A stretch of 64,000 nt of DNA, taken from positions 64,001 to 128,000 of the forward strand of contig JAHLVW010000015.1 of the NCBI GenBank assembly GCA_019058275.1. The letters are read 5' to 3'. The notes under the pieces are model-generated. The model was not told the DNA's origin, did not search any database, and saw nothing but the letters and a program-made list of their open reading frames with translations. Made by a program: the position numbers and the translations under genes. The stretch comes from Candidatus Heimdallarchaeota archaeon. GTDB taxonomy: Archaea > Asgardarchaeota > Heimdallarchaeia > JABLTI01. Below are positions 39,153 to 48,462 of this stretch, in pieces (the first letter of the stretch is position 1; each line of letters begins with the position of its first letter).

Positions 39153-41510
39153 ATGTCTACACAACCATCTATAACACCATTCCTAGATAGGATTGGTTTA
39201 AGTGAAGAAGAACAAAAAGTGTATTTTGCTTTACTCGCTCTCGGTCCTTTAACTGCTGGAGAGATATCCAAATATTCTAAAGTGAAGCCAATTTCTAAAG
39301 TAAAAACAACTCTTGGAAGTTTATTCGCAAGAAATTACGCTTACAATATTGAAGGATTAGTCGATAAAGCAATTGGACTTTATCCTTTTAGAGAGATCGC
39401 TAAAGAAGCAGGTAAAGATGCTAAGAAAATTGATCAACTTATTGCTGAGCTTAAATCCTATGTTGCTGAGCAAATCAAGCATTTTGACCAAGTGATGGAA
39501 GATACCAAAGATTATGTTCGCAGTGAGAAGAAGAAGAAGAGTGACACAGTCACTGCAAATAGCAATGAGAATCGAGCTGGCATTGAAGCTAAATTAACAG
39601 AAGCTACAACTACCATTACAACAACTGTTGATACTACAAAGAAAAGCATTACAAGTGCAGCTAATAGATTCCTCAAGAAGCAAACTGAAAATGCTGATAC
39701 CTTCGAAAGCGGTACAATTGAGAATTTTGACTTGTTTGCTGCTGACTTGAAAGAAAAAAATGAATCAGCACTTCAAACTTTAAGTGACGATATTAAAGCT
39801 AACAATGATAGCTTTCTTGCTGATGGAACAAGAGCATTAAATTCTACTCATCAATCTATTTCTTCGAAAGCAGATAGTTTAGGTGATACTCTCAAAGGAG
39901 ATTCCAAAGAAAAACTAGACAACACTAGAGACCATGTTCTTATTGGTTTGGAATCATTCATTAGTGAGTCTGAAGGTAATGTTAATAGCTTGAATGAAAT
40001 CTTAACAACTGAAACAAATGAACAATCTTCAACTATCAAAGCAACAGCTGAAAAAGCTAAGAAAAATAGAATTGATTTGAACAACCAATTCAAGAGTGGT
40101 ATTGCTGAAAATTTTGAGAAGGTTAAAACTGATTTTGCTCAAGATTTTGAAGTATTTCAAGGCAAGTTTACTAAGCAGTTGGATAGGATTGCAGAGAGAT
40201 TCAAAAAGCAAATTGATGATCTAAAAGCTAGTACAGCAACCGATGTTGGTTTACTGTGTGAAGAAGCATCAGCTTCAGTAACAGAACTTGTCAATAAACA
40301 CAATGAGGAAATAGCTGCTAACGTTGATTTAGATAACAAAGCAGTGGAAGATGGAACAACTGCTATGCTTGCTAAAGTGAATGCACAAAACACCAAAGCA
40401 ATTAAAGGAATTGATTCATCAGTTGGTGCTCTTAATTCAAGTATAATTTTATTGAAAGCTAATTACAGTGCTGATATTAACTCTAGAATAGATGAAACGA
40501 TATCTTCGATGGACACAGCAATTGATGGTACTGTCCAAGAAACAAAGGATGAATATGAATCTGCAAGAGTTTCAATTGTAGATAAATTAGAAACCTTAAC
40601 TTCTGGTAATTCAAACACTACCTCTAATGTAACTATTACACAAACAGAGGAAATAAAGGCAACAACTGATGCTCTAGTTACAGGTAGTAAAGAACAACTT
40701 GCAGAAACTAAGAGTGAAATGCTAAGCAGCACAAAGAAGACCAAGCAAAAGATTGCTTCTGATTCCACAAGTGGTTTTGATACAATTGGTACAACAGCAA
40801 CTACAACACTAAAAGAAACAGCTGAAACAGCTAAAACTGGAATCAGAAATAATGAAGAAACAACCATTGGTGCAATTAATGCAATTACTAATGTCGTAGA
40901 AACATCAGTAAGAAAAGAAATCGAAGCAGTAAAAGGTGGCTTCAATGATTACTACAAACGTTTTGCTAAAGATGCTCTCAAAATTTCCAAATTACTAATG
41001 GATTTCGAGAAGCAACATATCGCATTCCAAGATACAGTAATGGTCTATCCAAGGCCAAAAATTGAAACTGCTATTCTATATAGTAAGGATGCTATCTTTG
41101 ATAGATTAGATGATATGCTTACTAATAGAATCAAATCTAACGTAACACTGGTTATTCCTGATCCAACTGATATTCCAACTAGGTCTTTAGCTAAGGTCAA
41201 AGATCAAGCTAAAATGACTATTATCTCAAAGATCGATGAAATTGGTAATAAGGACATCATTGATCAGATAAAAGCAGCTGATGCTCTTGGTCGAGCTAAA
41301 ATCAGAAAGATCGGCATGCAAGACATGGTAGGTTACTCTGAATACATTGCTTTTGACAGAGATGGTGGCGAAGAGATGCTTATAGCATTCAAAGATGAAA
41401 CAGAGAAAGATTGGGTAGGAATTCTATCCACATCAGATGGTTTCAAGAATGTTGTTATAGGCGAAACTCTTGGCAGACAAGCACTATCAATTTCAAGAGA
41501 ACTGAAATAA
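39153..41510 (+). CDS. Second TrmB-family wHTH + long helical rod + TrmB/PLD-like C-terminal domain
   Basis: GLSEEEQKVYFALLALGPLTAGEISKYS; about 550 aa Ala/Thr/Lys/Glu-rich helical region; C-terminal RIKSNVTLVIP..IAFDRDGGEEMLIA. Confidence 0.7.
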   Translation: MSTQPSITPFLDRIGLSEEEQKVYFALLALGPLTAGEISKYSKVKPISKVKTTLGSLFARNYAYNIEGLVDKAIGLYPFREIAKEAGKDAKKIDQLIAELKSYVAEQIKHFDQVMEDTKDYVRSEKKKKSDTVTANSNENRAGIEAKLTEATTTITTTVDTTKKSITSAANRFLKKQTENADTFESGTIENFDLFAADLKEKNESALQTLSDDIKANNDSFLADGTRALNSTHQSISSKADSLGDTLKGDSKEKLDNTRDHVLIGLESFISESEGNVNSLNEILTTETNEQSSTIKATAEKAKKNRIDLNNQFKSGIAENFEKVKTDFAQDFEVFQGKFTKQLDRIAERFKKQIDDLKASTATDVGLLCEEASASVTELVNKHNEEIAANVDLDNKAVEDGTTAMLAKVNAQNTKAIKGIDSSVGALNSSIILLKANYSADINSRIDETISSMDTAIDGTVQETKDEYESARVSIVDKLETLTSGNSNTTSNVTITQTEEIKATTDALVTGSKEQLAETKSEMLSSTKKTKQKIASDSTSGFDTIGTTATTTLKETAETAKTGIRNNEETTIGAINAITNVVETSVRKEIEAVKGGFNDYYKRFAKDALKISKLLMDFEKQHIAFQDTVMVYPRPKIETAILYSKDAIFDRLDDMLTNRIKSNVTLVIPDPTDIPTRSLAKVKDQAKMTIISKIDEIGNKDIIDQIKAADALGRAKIRKIGMQDMVGYSEYIAFDRDGGEEMLIAFKDETEKDWVGILSTSDGFKNVVIGETLGRQALSISRELK

Positions 41511-41526
41511 ACTGCAAACACTATTA

Positions 41527-41567
41527 GGATCTATATCATTATAGATCCACTCTCTAATTTTTTTTTT
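41527..41567 (+). terminator. Hairpin plus oligo-T terminator
   Basis: GGATCTATA-TCAT-TATAGATCC followed by a T-run. Confidence 0.6.
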
Positions 41568-41730
41568 CCTCAAAATCCTTAAATTAATGTGAGAAGAGAG
41601 TGATTCTCAGAAAATCAATATCAAATCTAAAATATGAGAATGAATAAATATTCTTTTAAGAAAAGAACTTGCAGTGCAAGATATCCAATAGAATTGCTTA
41701 TCTAAAAATATGAAATAGGAATGGTAGAAA

Positions 41731-42474
41731 ATGACACAAACAGAATCTGATTACAAAAGCTTCCTTTTTGGTAGCGATGTTGATTTTGATAGTAAGCAAT
41801 TAGCGGTAGTATTAAAGTTAGGAATTTATGGTGCAATTAACAATCCGATTGATATCACTAGTAGTGAGTTAGGGAGATACTTAGGAGTATCCCAACAAAC
41901 TGCTGCAAGGTATTTAGTTGAATTAGAAAAGAACCATTTGATTGAAAGAACTAGAACTTCTAGAGGACAATCAGTCCAAATAACTAAACTTGGTCGAGAA
42001 CTGCTGGAAAACTTGAGCATAATGATAACTAAAGCTCTTTATTCACAAACTCGTTCAGCCACAATTTATGGGGAATTAGAGAGTGGCTTAGGAGAAGGAG
42101 CATGGTATATCTCACAAGAAGGATATTCACAACAATTTATTGATGTATTGGGGTTTGTTCCCTTCCCTGGAACATTAAATCTACGTATTTTGAACATTGA
42201 TGATTTAAAGAAAATTGCTCATATAAGGCAATCAGAACCTTATATTATTCGAGGATTTCAAAAGAAAGGACGACATTTTGGAGATGTCATGTGCTATAAA
42301 GCTCGATTCATAGATGGAACAATGGGCGCAATAATAATACCGAGCAGGACACATCACAACAAAGATATTCTTGAAGCAATTGCTCCAGTAAATCTTAGAG
42401 AGAAATTAGCGGAAAACCCTAACATACCACTAAGAGATGGTGTTAACATAAGAATTGATGTTCTGCTTCAGTAG
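41731..42474 (+). CDS. ribK: CTP-dependent riboflavin kinase with N-terminal wHTH (RbkR-type)
   Basis: LGVSQQTAARYL.ELE HTH; SGLGEGAWY, PFPGTLN, P.RTHH..ILE.IAP..LR. Confidence 0.92.
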   Translation: MTQTESDYKSFLFGSDVDFDSKQLAVVLKLGIYGAINNPIDITSSELGRYLGVSQQTAARYLVELEKNHLIERTRTSRGQSVQITKLGRELLENLSIMITKALYSQTRSATIYGELESGLGEGAWYISQEGYSQQFIDVLGFVPFPGTLNLRILNIDDLKKIAHIRQSEPYIIRGFQKKGRHFGDVMCYKARFIDGTMGAIIIPSRTHHNKDILEAIAPVNLREKLAENPNIPLRDGVNIRIDVLLQ

Positions 42475-42521
42475 TAGCGGAACTCATCATTCTTCTTTCT
42501 TTATTATAAACAACTATTCAT

Positions 42522-43025
42522 TTAATAAACTGATTCAAGTGTTGCTATTAACTCATTGAATAGTTTCTGAGCTATTTCTTTTTTAAGATCATGTCGGTTT
42601 TTCTTAGGATCAAGCTCCAATTCACGAGCAATAGTTGTTTGACCAGCTATAGCTACCCCAATAAAAACAGTACCTTTTAATTTTCCCTCAATTGACTCAC
42701 CGATTACTCCAGTAGTAGACAAACCTATGTCAGCATCGTATTCTAATACACCTTCAGCCATCATTTTAGCTACTTCAAGAGAGATTGTTCCATGATCGCG
42801 AATAATATATGATGGGATGCCCAAGAATTCTTCTTTTGAATCAATGGTATAAGCAACAATACTATAAAGGAGAACATCTGAAGAATCATCAAGATCTGTA
42901 AGAAGAGATGATACTAGTCCGCCTGTACAGCTTTCTGCAATAGCAAGTGTTAAAGTTCGAGTACGAAGTTCATGAAGAACTTGTTCTGCTAGTTCAGATA
43001 GTTCATCATCAATAGTCAAATTCAT
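42522..43025 (-). CDS. CinA C-terminal domain / NMN deamidase (PncC family)
   Basis: LAIAESCTGG, Y...SK...LG, MAEG, STTG. Confidence 0.85.
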   Translation of the reverse strand: MNLTIDDELSELAEQVLHELRTRTLTLAIAESCTGGLVSSLLTDLDDSSDVLLYSIVAYTIDSKEEFLGIPSYIIRDHGTISLEVAKMMAEGVLEYDADIGLSTTGVIGESIEGKLKGTVFIGVAIAGQTTIARELELDPKKNRHDLKKEIAQKLFNELIATLESVY

Positions 43026-43163
43026 GCACCTATTTCTACAGATATTTGCTTAATTAAAAGAGTATAGATTATTGTCTCTATAATTTTTTTTCTAATCCTA
43101 AAAGTCAGTTTAAAAAGCTCTTACCAAGATAGAAGAACACTTTATTGAGGAGACGAGATTCTA

Positions 43164-43244
43164 GTGAACGAAAATGTTTGTCCGCATTGTGGAACAATTC
43201 TTGATTTGAAAGATATTTATTGGAACACTAAAGAAAATAAATGA
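43164..43244 (+). other. 26-codon CPxCG micro-ORF or gene remnant
   Basis: GTG start, VNENVCPHCGTILDLKDIYWNTKENK*; GAGGAG 11 nt upstream. Confidence 0.3.
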
Positions 43245-43748
43245 CTTTTCAAGGGAATTAATCATAAATCCCATTGGCAATTGGCAAAGATATACTACAA
43301 AAAGCTGGGAGGAATTAGTAATGAATAGAGTTAAAGAAATTTATCTTGCACATAGTAAACCTTTTTCAATTAGAGATTTAAATTAAAACAAGAAGTATAA
43401 AGTACATAAAAAAAGCAAGAACAAATTAATAAGAAATAGTTTGGTCATTTTAATTGAAACCAATTTAATGACCATAAACTAATGCATAATCCATTCTTGC
43501 TTTATTTTGGAATTTTTTGATTTGATCTTTAATTGTTTTTTTGTGATAGATTTCTTGTCTCATTTTTTATTTCTCCGTCTTGTTTTTTAAGATACTATTC
43601 TCACACAGATATATAAGGGTTTCTCAAATAATGAGAAGAAAATATTATATATTTAGAATGCGATTTCAAAAGTTAAGAATAACATTTAAATATACAAGAA
43701 TGCATTATATTAATATAAGAAATAAATACTAAACAATAAGAAAATGAG

Positions 43749-44393
43749 GTGATAAGAATGAGTCAAGACGTGATAACTTACAAACAACAAACAGTAATGG
43801 CACTTAACGAAGAGCAAGTAGATTTGTTATATAGTGATGCTAACTTAAGCTACATTATCAAGTTCTTAAGAGCAGGTCCACGAACTGTAAAAGAATTGGA
43901 AAAAGATTTCACAAAGAAAGGTATCAAAAAATCGGATAAATCAATTTATCGTTACTTAAAGAATTTAACAGAAGTTGGAATGGTCGCAAAAGCAGGTAAG
44001 AGGATCACATCGAAAGGAGCAAGTGAACTTCAGACTGAAACAATTTACATACGAACCTCAAAAATGTTTTTAACAGAGAATCTTAGAAAAAAGATGAATA
44101 CTTTAGATAAAAAAGATGTTGAGTTGTTTTATGATACAATTTTCTCTTTACTTGCTGGTAAATTCAAAGATAAGATAAAGTCCGATAAAGGTGTTGATAA
44201 GCTAATTAATACTCTTGAATCTAAAAAATTCGAACTTGTGAATGACATATTAGGAAATGCTGATGAAGAAACGCTAGGTAAGGTAAACAAACTAGATTGG
44301 GGCTTACTTGATTATTTAATAGAATATATTGGATGGTTAGCCCTAAGTTTAGATTACAATGTTGTTGAAGAAATTGAAGATTGCTGTTGCTAA
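43749..44393 (+). CDS. Winged-helix transcriptional regulator (ArsR-like N-terminus)
   Basis: IIKFLRAGPRTVKEL..SIYRYLKNL.EVGMV..IY.RT. Confidence 0.7.
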   Translation: MIRMSQDVITYKQQTVMALNEEQVDLLYSDANLSYIIKFLRAGPRTVKELEKDFTKKGIKKSDKSIYRYLKNLTEVGMVAKAGKRITSKGASELQTETIYIRTSKMFLTENLRKKMNTLDKKDVELFYDTIFSLLAGKFKDKIKSDKGVDKLINTLESKKFELVNDILGNADEETLGKVNKLDWGLLDYLIEYIGWLALSLDYNVVEEIEDCCC

Positions 44394-44816
44394 ATTAAAT
44401 TTAGGCTCTTGAAAAAGATAATAAAAGAAATTTAAAGAGAAGGAGTTAACCTTCAATTGGTTTAGCTTCCTTTCTTTTATATTTTATTTTTAATTTATTT
44501 TCTTTCGTTTCTGAAATAGAATAACAAAAAATGATACAATGAATATTGATGAAATCATGAGATTATGATAAGAAAGGAAGAATTACTAAAGATTATTTTT
44601 TTGAAGTAAATGGTAAGAAATCATAGCAATTATCGTCAAACTGCTAATTGTGAGACTGGTCGTTCTGATTAATGGAACACCAAAAACAATGTTAACGAGT
44701 TGGTTACCTACTACTATCCACAATGCAGGAAGAAAGTAATAATATAATAAAAAAGCGGAAGATGGAGAGTGTCTTCTCTTTTTTCTTGAGTTTCTTAGAA
44801 AACATTTAGAAAAAAT

Positions 44817-44950
44817 TGGAGTGCAGGGCGAGATTCGAATTCGCGCAAAGAGAAAGGTTTCTGTTTGTCTCGCGTACAGCGGATACCAACAAAATCCGAA
44901 CACATCAGATTTTTCTGCAGTCCGCCGCCTCGCCTCTAGACTACCTGCAC
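44817..44950 (-). tRNA. tRNA-Cys(GCA) with two introns (37/38, 30 nt; 53/54, 29 nt) and encoded CCA
   Basis: Acceptor GTGCAGG/CCTGCAC, U73, CCA; anticodon arm GCGGA-CTGCAGA-TCCGC; T arm GCGAG-TTCGAAT-CTCGC. Removing 44914-44885 and 44868-44840 gives a 75-nt cloverleaf. Confidence 0.9.
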
Positions 44951-45085
44951 ACTTTTTCGGTTGTTTTATTCTCTACGACAATTATTTTTAAAGATAATGG
45001 CAAATATTGCTTATAAGTTACACATAGTTATTTCTTATTATTGATTTCTATATCTATTATTATTTATCTCATCCGTCACTCCAAT

Positions 45086-45427
45086 TTATTTTTTATTCTT
45101 CATTTGTTTTTCTTTTAAATCTCTTATATGATTGAAAACATCTTGATCATGACATATATATCGTGTAAAACTAAATATCAGAATGAGTAAGAACGTAACG
45201 ATTGGTAAATAAAAAGCATATGTCAGTTTTAACTCATTGTAAATCCCTTTTAGAACTTGATTATATATTCCCCAAAATATCAATCCAATAAACCCAATAA
45301 GAGTAAAAGCAAATAGAAGGCTGTAACCTAAAATTATCCTACTATTTACTCTCTTTCTCACCATGAAAATAAATCCCAATAAAAGAGAGCACAAAATTAT
45401 TTTTAAAACCTTTACATTAAAAAACAC
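45086..45427 (-). CDS. Small hypothetical membrane protein
   Basis: Three hydrophobic segments and a basic tail; very AT-rich; start uncertain. Confidence 0.4.
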   Translation of the reverse strand: MFFNVKVLKIILCSLLLGFIFMVRKRVNSRIILGYSLLFAFTLIGFIGLIFWGIYNQVLKGIYNELKLTYAFYLPIVTFLLILIFSFTRYICHDQDVFNHIRDLKEKQMKNKK

Positions 45428-45596
45428 TATTAATATAATTAATAAAGGAAAAGAAAAAGTAAGGTATTGTTTTAAAGAAAATGAGCATTTTAATTAGTAG
45501 ACATTAGTGGCAAATCAAAACTTATTTTCCAAAAAGTTTTAGACTTAAAGCATCTTGGATATAATCATAGGAAAGTAGCTTGTTGGAGCTAATTGT

Positions 45597-48368
45597 TTGA
45601 GTAAATTAATTGAGCAGATGAAAGTGTATATTAGGGTGCTCCTACTAAATCGACGCTCCACACTTCTCTCATTTCTAGGGTTGGGGTTGAGTCTGGTTCT
45701 CATATCAGAGGGACTGATTGTTGCTTACACCTATCAATATGGTGCTTTTGTGGAGCATGTGGGGGAGACTCCATCAAAACAATTAACAGTATCTATGTCT
45801 GCCTTTGACATTGAAGACAATTCGAGAGAATTAAATGACTATTTTCATGAAATAACTGCTCAAATTTCCTCTGAACTTGGGTTGACAACTTACATACGCA
45901 AAATGGATTGGTATTTTGAAAAATTTCTTATCCTTGGTATACAAGTTCCAGCTGTTAATGGAAATTTTCAGTACCTTCGAGATATTAACTTATATGGTGT
46001 TTCTTATGATTACTTTAGTGTATTTCAATCACTTCTGTTTAACGGTTCGCTCCCATCTAATTCTGATGATGTGTTAGTAGTGGCTAAAAGCAGCACATTT
46101 ATGAATTCCAACTTGAGTGTGGGAACATTTCCTTTGTACATACCAACATGGGGAGGTGTAATGAGAATTGGTGATATTAATGTCTCTGGAATAATCAAAA
46201 AAGAACAATTTAATACCTATGACGGTTCATCTCAAGAAGATCTCAAAGCAATGACTGAGTACTTTACAGAAGAATTCATGTTGATTAACATAGATAATTT
46301 CCCAAATGGTGTAATGAGACCATTGGGGCGATATTCCTTTTATATTGAAGATATCGACTCATTCAATATTGATGAAGATATAGCAAATATTAATGCATTA
46401 AGCCAACAACTCACAAGGGAATTTAAGGAAGCTGGATACACGTTACATGTGTACAATCATCTAAATGAGCTTCTAAGGGATTTTGCTGATGAATTTAAAC
46501 TGTTTCAACTTTTTGGCATCCTATTCCTTGTTCCTCTTGCAGTAGTTTCTATTGCACTTGCCAGTTTTTCAGCTAATCTATTAAAACGAAGACAGAGGCA
46601 ACAAATCGCGAGTTTGTTTCAACGAGGTTCCTCACAAACTGCAGTGTGGGTACTGTTATTTGTTCAGCTTGTAGAAGTAACGGTATCTGGAATAATATTT
46701 TGTTGTGCAATTGGCTATCCTTTTACATGGCTGATGCTGAAAAGCACAGATTTTCTTGCTTTTGCTAAAGTAGGGCTTGTACCTGTAATTAAGGGTATCA
46801 TTTTTTATGTTATTATAGGAGCAGCTTTTGTAATTTCGTTTGTAATAAATTTATTAGATATAAAGGATCTCAGTAAAATCTCCTTAACTGAAGCACATGA
46901 GGAAGTACAACAAAAACAACCTCTATGGAGGAAATTATACTTAGATATTTGTTTGTTAATTATTGGTCTTATAATTTGGCTGATTGTAAAATATCACCTA
47001 CAAGCGACAGCAGCGTATACTTTCGCATATAATTTAGGAATTATTGCACCAGCTTGTATTATTTTAGGAGGAATTTTACTTGCAGCTCGTTTGTATATAA
47101 TTATTACAGAAGTGATCTCAAAGGAGTTATGGAAAAGTGAAAAATTAGGGATATTTGCTTTTTCGACAAAACGCAGTAGTAGACGAAAGCAAACAACACT
47201 CAGAAGTGTTCTACTCATTGCTCTAACATTTACTCTGCTTTTTACAGTATTAATAAGTGTTGAATCATACAAGAAGTTTGATACTGAAAAAGCCTATTAT
47301 TCAGTAGGGGCAGATATTCTTGTAAAAAATGTTAATTCATTTTCAAATGAAACAAAGAACCAAATACTGGCAATTCCCGGAGTGCAAGAAGCCACCTATC
47401 TTTATTATACAAGTCAGGTAGTATCCTATAGTAATATATTATACTCCTATCTTATAGTGGGTATAGATCCACAAGAATTTACAAAGACTGCTTATTTTGA
47501 TAAAGAGTACTTAAATGGCAAGACTCCAGAAGACTTCTTTAATACCATAAATAAGACCACTGATGTTGTGATGCAATATGATCAATATGCAAAAGCTTTC
47601 AATGTTTCTAATGTGAATATTACTGTTCCAGTTGAAAAATATCCTGAAGGAATGGTAACTCATGATTTACAAGTCGTTGGCTTATACAAGTTTCTACCAC
47701 GATTCTTCATTGAATTCCCATCAATAGAGTCAACAACTTTTAGCTTTACTATAATTAGTAAATATGCTCTCGTTGATGAGCTTGCTTATAGTCCCATTAA
47801 TATTGCTTATGATATTATTGTAAAGGTAACAGAAGAGCACAGTATTACCCAAGTAGCGGAAAAAATTGAAAATACATTGAATATGGAAACAGAAAATGTT
47901 GAAGATGTCATTAATCGTTACTCAAGAAGCTTTCGAAATACCATGCTATATAGTTCGTTAAATACTACATTCATATTTTCGATAATCATTGCAGTAGCGT
48001 CTATTTTATTATTAATTCTTATACAATTAGTGGAAAATAAAAGAGAAATTAACATATTAAGAATCATTGGGTTTTCTCCAAAACAATTTTACAAACTTTT
48101 TTTAACAGAAGTATTTCAAATAATGTTTTTCTGTTCAATAATAGGTTTATTTTTAGGGATTTTGACTTCAACGATGTTGATGGATATCTTAACATTTAAA
48201 ACAGCAATACCATCAGATGAATTATCTTTCCCTTTTACACAATTATTCATAGTAATGTTCACGATAATGGCTATTGCTTTACTAACAACAGTGATAACAG
48301 TAGGAATTATTTTTCGAAAAGAAGCATACAAAGAAAAAGAGAAAGAAATTAAAAGTAAGAGTAACTAA
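45597..48368 (+). CDS. FtsX/MacB-like ABC permease, paralog of 32819..35704
   Basis: Shared motifs (FLGLGLSLVLISE..Y.YQY, RR..Q......RGSS, KP.W...Y.DI, AYFD.EYL, ENKREINILRIIGFS). Confidence 0.85.
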   Translation: MSKLIEQMKVYIRVLLLNRRSTLLSFLGLGLSLVLISEGLIVAYTYQYGAFVEHVGETPSKQLTVSMSAFDIEDNSRELNDYFHEITAQISSELGLTTYIRKMDWYFEKFLILGIQVPAVNGNFQYLRDINLYGVSYDYFSVFQSLLFNGSLPSNSDDVLVVAKSSTFMNSNLSVGTFPLYIPTWGGVMRIGDINVSGIIKKEQFNTYDGSSQEDLKAMTEYFTEEFMLINIDNFPNGVMRPLGRYSFYIEDIDSFNIDEDIANINALSQQLTREFKEAGYTLHVYNHLNELLRDFADEFKLFQLFGILFLVPLAVVSIALASFSANLLKRRQRQQIASLFQRGSSQTAVWVLLFVQLVEVTVSGIIFCCAIGYPFTWLMLKSTDFLAFAKVGLVPVIKGIIFYVIIGAAFVISFVINLLDIKDLSKISLTEAHEEVQQKQPLWRKLYLDICLLIIGLIIWLIVKYHLQATAAYTFAYNLGIIAPACIILGGILLAARLYIIITEVISKELWKSEKLGIFAFSTKRSSRRKQTTLRSVLLIALTFTLLFTVLISVESYKKFDTEKAYYSVGADILVKNVNSFSNETKNQILAIPGVQEATYLYYTSQVVSYSNILYSYLIVGIDPQEFTKTAYFDKEYLNGKTPEDFFNTINKTTDVVMQYDQYAKAFNVSNVNITVPVEKYPEGMVTHDLQVVGLYKFLPRFFIEFPSIESTTFSFTIISKYALVDELAYSPINIAYDIIVKVTEEHSITQVAEKIENTLNMETENVEDVINRYSRSFRNTMLYSSLNTTFIFSIIIAVASILLLILIQLVENKREINILRIIGFSPKQFYKLFLTEVFQIMFFCSIIGLFLGILTSTMLMDILTFKTAIPSDELSFPFTQLFIVMFTIMAIALLTTVITVGIIFRKEAYKEKEKEIKSKSN

Positions 48369-48462
48369 AGACCAATCTCGTTAATTAGTGGTGAATCAGA
48401 TAGCTTCATAAATAAGACAATTAGAGTAGAAATACTATTATTTTTTAAAAGAGTATTGTACT

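Noticed and set aside
43030-44816. Integrated element at the tRNA-Cys 3' end
   Set aside because: No integrase and no duplicated tRNA 3' (att) sequence seen in the window.
44586-45016. ORFs 44586..44903 (-) and 44816..45016 (+)
   Set aside because: Both overlap the tRNA-Cys gene and have no protein-like features.
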